From assembly GCA_013416795.1 (NCBI GenBank), contig RQSC01000004.1:574590-585539 (forward strand): 10,950 nucleotides of DNA, given 5' to 3'. The translations under genes were made by a program, and so were the position numbers. This document shows, in pieces, positions 1 to 6,737 of the stretch (positions are counted from its first letter, which is position 1; each line of letters opens with the position of its first letter). The stretch comes from Prasinococcaceae sp. CCMP 1430 (taxonomy: Eukaryota > Plantae > Prasinodermophyta). Under the pieces are notes generated by a model that was not told where the DNA came from, did not search any database, and saw nothing but the letters and a program-made list of their open reading frames with translations.

Positions 1-881
1 GCGTCCTCGTTGAGCGCGATGCCCACCAGGAGGGCGTTGCGCGCCACGGCGCGGCTGCGGTGCCTGGCGGCGATGGCGGGCACGCCGTGGCGGAGCATGG
101 CCAGCAGGAAGAAGAGCGGGATGCCCGCCACGTAGAGAGCAATGCCGACGGACGCAAGCATCTCCGCGCGCTCGTGCGCGGCGGTGTCGCATCGCAGGCG
201 CAGGTCGCTCGAGAGCCAGCGCGCGCCGTCCACCTCGCGGCAGTGGAACGTCCTCAGGAGCGTGGCCGACAGAATGGGGTAGACCAAGAAGAGGGCGAAC
301 AGCGAGTTGCGCCACACGTTGGCGCGGAAGCGCGCCAGGCGAGGGCGGAGGGCCTCGTCGCCGCCGGCGTAGAGGCGGCCTGCCGCGTACAGCAGAAGGG
401 TCGCGACGCCGAAGGCCGCCGGAGCGCACAGCCACAGCCACAGCTTGTCGAAGAAGTCCCACGTTTCCAGAGAGCAGCGTGCGCTGGGCAGCGCCAGCAC
501 ATCCAGGTTGATCACCTTGAGCGCCTTCACCATGTCAAGGAACGACCTCGGCCAGGGAATGTCAAAGGTGACATCCACCGTCGCGACGACCTGCACGAAG
601 GCGATCAGCACGCGCGCGTGCGCCGCGGCGCTGCTGTGCGTGAGGCGACGCTCGACAGACTCCGCGGTCTCCGCGACGGCCTCGGACGCCTCGCGGCTCA
701 GCTTCCGACCCAGCTGCGCCTTCTTCGAGTTGTCGCCATTGGCAAACGCTGCGTAAAAACTCGCCATGCGTTTCAGAGCGCCGCTCACCGGGGCTTCGAG
801 GCGCGGCAGGAATGGCAGCCAGTAGAGCAGCACAACGACGAGCGCGAGCGCGAGAATTGCAGCCACCGCGCCGACCCACAC
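1..881 (-). other. Multi-pass transmembrane domain (at least 5 helices, continues beyond the window)
   Basis: Hydrophobic segments VWVGAVAAILALALVVVLLYWLPFL (881-807), ARVLIAFVQVVATVDV, LWLWLCAPAAFGVATLLLYAAG, SLFALFLVYPILSATLL and MLASVGIALYVAGIPLFFLLAML. Loop motifs FDIPWP and FHC..DG..WLSSDLRLRC. Confidence 0.8.
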
Positions 882-3800
882 GCTTCCACTCGCCTGGCAC
901 GACGAGCATCCATCGCTCTCCGAGTAGCCATACCCCGGCTCGCACACCGCGCACAGCATGCCGTCGTAGCCGTAGTCGCAGCGCCACGACGAGTCGGCCG
1001 CGTCCTCGAGGCCGGCCTCCAACAGCGCGCGGCGGCTCGCACTCGAGCTAGCAGCGCGGGCGCCCTCCCCTCCACCTCCGTGCCCGCGCGGCGCGTGCTC
1101 GGGGAGGCACGCGGTGGGAAAGGGGCACGAGTAGAACACGGGCGAGCTCATGTTTTCGCGCCAGTAGCCCGCCATGCCGCTCGGCGCGCCGCCCGAGCTG
1201 CAGTTGGCGCCCGTCGGGCAGGAGGAGCACGACATCTCGCCTCCTCCCGCGGCCCATTCGGGATAGCTGCCGGGCACGCACTGGCACTCGGCGTCGGAGA
1301 GCGCGGCGACATCGGCGGTGGTCGCTCCCGGGGGACACACGTCGCACAGAGCGGGCCCGGGCAGCGGCTTGAAGCTGCCGATGGCGCAGGGCACGCACTC
1401 GTCGCCGCGCTCGTTCAGCACGCCCGTGTAGCCGGCGTCGCACTCGCACGAGGCGCCGTCGGCGGTCAGCGACGAGTGCGCGGGGCAGACGCAGTCCGAG
1501 CGGGCCGTCGCGCCGACGTCCGCGGTCGATGCCCCGCGCGGGCACCCAGCGCACGCGCCCGAGTCGCGATCCGCTTTGAAGGTGCCGATGCCGCACGCCG
1601 CGCAGGCGTCGCCGGGCTGCAACAGCGTGCCCTCGAAGCCCGCGAGGCACACGCAGCGGTCCGCCACCAGCGCCGAGTTGGGAGGGCACGCGCACTCGTC
1701 GGCGGCGGTGGCGCCCAGGCGCTGCGTCGTGGCGCCGGCGGGGCACGCGCGGCACTCGTCGAGACCGCCGCGGTCGGTGTACGTGCCGAGCTCACACTGC
1801 ACGCAGGTGTCGCTCGCCGTGGTGCGCGTGCCTGCGGGGCAAGCGCACGTGAGCACGCCGTTGATCGTCTCCGCCACCATCATCGGGTCGGCGCACGCGC
1901 ACGCAGCAAGCGACGTGGCCGCGGCCGGCGAGGAGGACCTCGGCGGGCACTCGGCGCACGCAAATGGGCCCGACGCATTCTTGTAGGAGCCCGCTGCGCA
2001 CTCGCTGCACTGGTCGCCGGGCGCGTCCAAGTAGTTGGTGTAGCCGGCATCGCACACGCAGGCGCCGTCGACCAGCGCCGAATGCGCGGGGCACGCGCAG
2101 TCGTCGACGCTGGTGGCGCCGAGGAAAGGGGTCGACGCGCCCCGCCAGCAGCCGTCGCACGCGTCGCTGCTGTTGGTCGGCTTGTACCGCCCCTCGCCGC
2201 ACGGCGCGCACGCGTCGCTCGGGGTCTCGAGGGCGCCCTCGTAGCCTGCCATGCAGACGCACGCCACGCCCGCGGCGTTCAGCTTGGCGTTGGTCGGGCA
2301 GGCGCACTGGTCGGCAGACGTGGCGCCGACGGATGCCGTCGTGGCGGCGATGGGGCACGCCGAGCATTCGCCCGCCCCGCGCTCGCTCTGAAAGGAGCCC
2401 ACCGAACAGGGCGTGCACGCGGCGCCCTCCTCGCTCAGGTCGCCGCTGTAGCCCGCGGCGCACTCGCACGCGGTGCCGGCGTTGTTGAGCGCCGAGTTGG
2501 CCGGGCACGAGCAGTCGGACGCCGACGTGCTGCCTACCGCGTTCGTGGTCGCGCCGATGGGGCATGACGTGCAGCTGGTTGCGTCGGCGCCGTCGGAGAA
2601 TTTGCCCTGCTCGCACACGGCGCAGCTCAGCCCGTCAACCTCCGTGCCAGCAGGGCATGCGCAGACGAGCGAGCCGCTCACCACGGTAGCCGACATCAGC
2701 GGGTCCGCACACGCGCATGCCGATGCCGAGGTGGATCCCGCGGGGCTGCTCGCGCCCGCGGGGCAGTCAGTGCAGGACACCGCGCCGTCGCTGTCGCCGA
2801 AGGTGTTGGCGGGGCATGGCTCGCACTCGGGGTTGATGCCGCTGGGGCCGTACGTGCCGGCCGCGCAGTCGGTGCACGCGCTCGCGCCGGCCACGCTGGT
2901 GCGCCCGCTGCCGCACGCCGCGCAGTCGCCCGCGGAGGTGCTGCCGGCGCCGGCGACGAAGGTACCTGCGGGGCACTCGGTGCACTGCGCCGCGCCCACG
3001 GCATCCGCGTACGTGCCTGCGCCGCAGGGCGAGTGGCCCTTGGCGCACGGCTCGCACGTCGACGAGGCGGTGGCGCCTATCAGGGCAGAAGAGGTGCCGG
3101 CGGGGCACTCCTTGCAGCCCTCGCCCGCGGCGTCGGCGTAGGTCCCGGCGGGGCAGTCGGAGCACGCTTTTGAGCCAGTGTCTGAGCCTTGGCCCGCCGG
3201 GCAGGCGAGGCAGTCCGCCGAGGTTGCGGAGAACGTGGCGGCGTTGTATGTGTTGGCGCCGCACGGTTCGCACTGCCTCGTGTCGCCGCCGTACGAGGCC
3301 ACGAACATGCCGGGCGGGCACGCGTAGCAGGAGGAGGCGTCGATCGTGCCGGCCGCGCATATCGAAAGTGTGAAGGCGAGGGCGCGTACATAGCTATCAA
3401 CGCCCGAGCCGAGGGCGCTCCACGCCGCGCCGTCCCACTTGGCGATGTAGGATGTGCCCGACACGCCGCCGGCCGAGTCGAAGTAGCCGCCGACGTACAG
3501 CGAGCCCGACGAAGCGTCCCACGCGAGGGCGTCAACAGTGCTACGTTGTTCGAAATCGCAATATGAGTGCAGACAATCAAAGTCATCGACGCCCGAGCCG
3601 AGCGCGCTCCATGCCGCGCCGTCCCACTTGGCAATGTTATGCGTGCCCGACACGCCGCCGGCCGAGTCGAAGCCACCGCCGACGTACAGCGAGCCCGACG
3701 AGGCGTCCCACGCGAGGGAATGGACATAGCCATCGACGCCCGAGCCGAGCGCGCTCCACGCCGCGCCGTCCCACTTGGTGATGTGGGAGCTGAAGCCGCC

Positions 3801-4901
3801 GCCGACGTACAGCGAGCCCGACGAGGCGTCCCACGCGAGGGCAAATACGTGCATTCCAAAGCCCGAGCCGAGCGCGCTCCACGCCGCGCCGTCCCACTTG
3901 GCGATTTTGGACGTGGGCGAGGTGAACTGGCCGACGACGTACAGCGAGCCCGACGAGGCGTCCCACGCGAGGGCGTGTACTTTCCTATCGACGCCCGAGC
4001 CGAGCGCGCTCCACGCCGCGCCGTCCCACTTGGCGATGTTACGCATGCCCGACACACCGCCGGCCGAGTTGAAGAAGCCGCCGACGTACAGCGAGCCCGA
4101 CGAAGCGTCCCACGCGAGGGCAAGTACACTGCCACAACAGACGCCCGAGCCGAGCGCGCTCCACGCCGCTCCGTCCCACTTGGCGATTTTGGAGGTGCCC
4201 GAAACGCCGCCGGCCGAGTCGAAGTCGCCGCCGACGTACAACGCGCCCGACGAAGGGTCCCACGCGAGGGCGTGTACTTCGCCATCGACGCCCGAGCCGA
4301 ACGCCGCCGTCCACGCGTCCCCTTCATGCAGTATCGCGCCTTCGTTTCCACCAACAGCGAGCCGTGAGCCGCTCGAGACCGTTCGCACGCCCGCGCTAGC
4401 AGAGAGGACTACCTCCGCGCCCATGCGGTCGTCGGCGAAGCTCACCTCGCCGGCGTACGCGCCGCTCGCGCCGAGGCCCGAGCCGAGCGTCAGCGCAACG
4501 GACACCGACGTGCCGGCTGAGAGCGTTCCCAGGGCGGGCGAGGCCGACAGCCACGCGTCCGAGGCCGCAGCCGTCCAATCCACCTCGCTAGCCGCGTCGT
4601 TGGTGAGCGTGACTGTCGTGGTCGTGGTCGTGCTGTACGCGATCGTCTCGGACACGCTTCCGGGCGACACGCTGAGGGGCGGCGAGACGGTGAGCTGCAG
4701 CGGCAGCCGGATGGGGTCCCCGCCGATCGAGCCCACCACCAGCAGCGCCGAGTGCGCGCCCTGCGACAGCCCCGACGCGTTCATCCGCACCGTCACGCTT
4801 GCGCTCTCCCCCGCCGCGAGGCCGCTTCCAGCGTTCGCGCCCACCACGCTCGTCCACGTCTCGCTGACGGTGGCGAACCAGTCGAGAGTGCCCGAGCCAT
4901 C
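1..4901 (-). CDS. Copy B exon 2 (3'-partial, at least 1633 codons): BACON-like x2, repetitive beta-propeller, Cys-rich stalk, multi-pass membrane domain
   Basis: The same frame holds at 4901 (GAT, DGSGTLDWF) and at 5-3 (GAC). Manually translated segments and homology to copy A show no stop. The ORF track has nothing in this frame below 4902 because it runs off the window. Confidence 0.9.
890..1240 (-). other. Juxtamembrane Cys module
   Basis: CPTGANC...GYWRE...FYSCP..AC...CDYGYDGMLCAVCEPGYG...CSSC, a pattern I recall preceding the membrane domain in many protist and algal Cys-rich membrane proteins. Confidence 0.6.
1240..3360 (-). repeat. Copy B Cys-rich stalk (Ephrin_rec_like/GCC2-GCC3-type and EGF-like repeats)
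   Basis: Continuous CxxCPxG...CxCPxxSxL...CxCxxGY repeats, colinear with the copy A stalk at offsets 4610, 5024 and 5285. Confidence 0.9.
3364..4380 (-). repeat. Copy B highly repetitive 7-bladed beta-propeller (six near-identical blades plus a split closing blade; Rax2-like LYVGGxF motif)
   Basis: Unit ALAWDASSGSLYVGGxFxSAGGVSGTxxIAKWDGAAWSALGSG. The + strand anchor gcccgagccga occurs at 3402, 3591, 3738, 3861, 3993, 4143 and 4290 (spacings 189, 147, 123, 132, 150, 147, all multiples of 3). Confidence 0.9.
4400..4901 (-). other. Copy B tandem BACON-like Ig-fold domains
   Basis: LDWFATVSETWTSV...GLAAGESASVTVRMN...LQLTV, then VTLTNDAASEVDWTAAASDAWLSASPALGTLSAGTSVSVALTL...GAYAGEVSF. Confidence 0.6.
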
Positions 4902-5096
4902 CTATAAGGTACGCGGGACGGGTCGAATGGAGGGGTCAGTGCGGGGCGGCGTGCGAAACAACTGCGGCTCGCTCGCTCCGCCTACGAGTGCTGTCGCCCT
5001 TGCGCGCGTGGCGAGACCCCGCGCTTTGTAAGCCCCCCATCCTCGCCCCGAGCAAGCGCGGCGCTTCTCCACGGGCGCGGCCGCGCCGCCACGCAC
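4902..5096 (-). other. Spliceosomal intron 1 of copy B (195 nt, phase 0)
   Basis: GTGCGT donor at 5096, CTGAC at 4939-4935, TAG acceptor at 4904-4902. Roughly 87% identical to the copy A intron by manual alignment (about 25 differences). Confidence 0.85.
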
Positions 5097-5159
5097 CGCG
5101 TCTGCGACGAACGTCACCGCCGCCTCGGCCGCGTCGGGCCGGTGGGCCGCCAGCGCCAT
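5097..5159 (-). pseudogene. 5'-truncated remnant of exon 1 (copy B), with no signal peptide
   Basis: Reads (M)ALAAHRPDAAEAAVTFVADA, matching copy A residues 39-58, and ends at the same GTGCGT donor. Upstream sequence is Cys-repeat DNA rather than the signal peptide. Confidence 0.7.
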
Positions 5160-5160
5160 C

Positions 5161-5912
5161 CTCGCTCAGGTCGCCACTGTAGCCCGCGGCGCACTCGCAT
5201 GCGGTGCCGGCGTTGTTGAGCGCCGAGTTGGCCGGGCACGAGCAATCGGACGCCGACGTGCTGCCCGTCGACGAGGTCGTTGCGCCCACGGGGCACGACG
5301 AGCACGCGAAGGAGCCAGCCGCCGCCTTGTAGGTGCCGGCGCTGCACGCCACGCAGCTGGCGCCCTCCTCGCTCAGGTCGCCACTGTAGCCCGCGGCGCA
5401 CTCGCATGCGGTGCCGGCGTTGTTGAGCGCCGAGTTGGCCGGGCACGAGCACGCGTCGGCCGACGTGCTGCCCGTGCCGGACGTCGTGGCGCCGGTCGGA
5501 CACGCGGTGCAGCTCGCGGCGCCCGCATCGCCCTTGTACGTGGCCAGCACGCAAGGCTCGCAGCTGGCGCCCTCCTCGCTCAGGTCGCCGCTGTAGCCCG
5601 CGGCGCACTCGCACGCGGTGCCGGCGTTGTTGAGCGCCGAGTTGGCTCGCACTCGCATGCGGTGCCGGCGTTGTTGAGCGCCGAGTTGGCCGGGCACGAG
5701 CACGCGTCGGCCGACGTGCTGCCCGTGCCGGACGTCGTGGCGCCGGTCGGACACGCGGTGCAGCTCGCGGCGCCCGCATCGCCCTTGTACGTGGCCAGCA
5801 GGCAAGGCTCGCAGCTGGCGCCCTCCTCGCTCAGGTCGCCGCTGTAGCCCGCGGCGCACTCGCACGCGGTGCCGGCGTTGTTGAGCGCCGAGTTGGCCGG
5901 GCACGAGCACGC
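5161..5912 (-). repeat. Orphan tandem array of about 3.5 Cys-rich 207-nt (69-aa) units with an internal frameshift
   Basis: Unit anchors at 5161, 5368, 5575 and 5826 (spacings 207, 207, 251). A 44-nt duplication at 5605-5690 shifts the frame. The array joins copy B exon 1 out of frame at 5160. Confidence 0.85.
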
Positions 5913-6737
5913 NNNNNNNNNNNNNNNNNNNNNNNNNNNNNNNNNNNNNNNNNNNNNNNNNNNNNNNNNNNNNNNNNNNNNNNNNNNNNNNNNNNNNNNN
6001 NNNNNNNNNNNNNNNNNNNNNNNNNNNNNNNNNNNNNNNNNNNNNNNNNNNNNNNNNNNNNNNNNNNNNNNNNNNNNNNNNNNNNNNNNNNNNNNNNNNN
6101 NNNNNNNNNNNNNNNNNNNNNNNNNNNNNNNNNNNNNNNNNNNNNNNNNNNNNNNNNNNNNNNNNNNNNNNNNNNNNNNNNNNNNNNNNNNNNNNNNNNN
6201 NNNNNNNNNNNNNNNNNNNNNNNNNNNNNNNNNNNNNNNNNNNNNNNNNNNNNNNNNNNNNNNNNNNNNNNNNNNNNNNNNNNNNNNNNNNNNNNNNNNN
6301 NNNNNNNNNNNNNNNNNNNNNNNNNNNNNNNNNNNNNNNNNNNNNNNNNNNNNNNNNNNNNNNNNNNNNNNNNNNNNNNNNNNNNNNNNNNNNNNNNNNN
6401 NNNNNNNNNNNNNNNNNNNNNNNNNNNNNNNNNNNNNNNNNNNNNNNNNNNNNNNNNNNNNNNNNNNNNNNNNNNNNNNNNNNNNNNNNNNNNNNNNNNN
6501 NNNNNNNNNNNNNNNNNNNNNNNNNNNNNNNNNNNNNNNNNNNNNNNNNNNNNNNNNNNNNNNNNNNNNNNNNNNNNNNNNNNNNNNNNNNNNNNNNNNN
6601 NNNNNNNNNNNNNNNNNNNNNNNNNNNNNNNNNNNNNNNNNNNNNNNNNNNNNNNNNNNNNNNNNNNNNNNNNNNNNNNNNNNNNNNNNNNNNNNNNNNN
6701 NNNNNNNNNNNNNNNNNNNNNNNNNNNNNNNNNNNNN
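5913..6737. other. Assembly gap (825 N)
   Basis: Run of N characters. Confidence 1.

Noticed and set aside
60-2567. 835-aa plus-strand ORF
   Set aside because: It is the exact antisense mirror frame of copy B. It stays open because the sense strand avoids TTA, CTA and TCA codons, and it stops at the first sense TCA (2567-2565). The translation is low-complexity with no domain signal.
3364-4330. CRISPR-like look: conserved ~39-nt repeats with variable spacers
   Set aside because: All spacings are multiples of 3, the repeats encode propeller strands in an open frame, two different conserved blocks alternate, no cas genes are present, and the context is eukaryotic.
3080-5031. Repetitive ORFs 3080..4354 (-), 3567..4367 (+) and 3775..5031 (+)
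   Set aside because: These are alternative-frame or antisense shadows of the propeller repeats in GC-rich DNA.
4936-5160. Read-through of the Cys repeats into exon 1B giving one two-headed giant protein
   Set aside because: The junction at 5160 is out of frame (GGPPARRG...), and there is a further frameshift at 5647. It is not supported as assembled.
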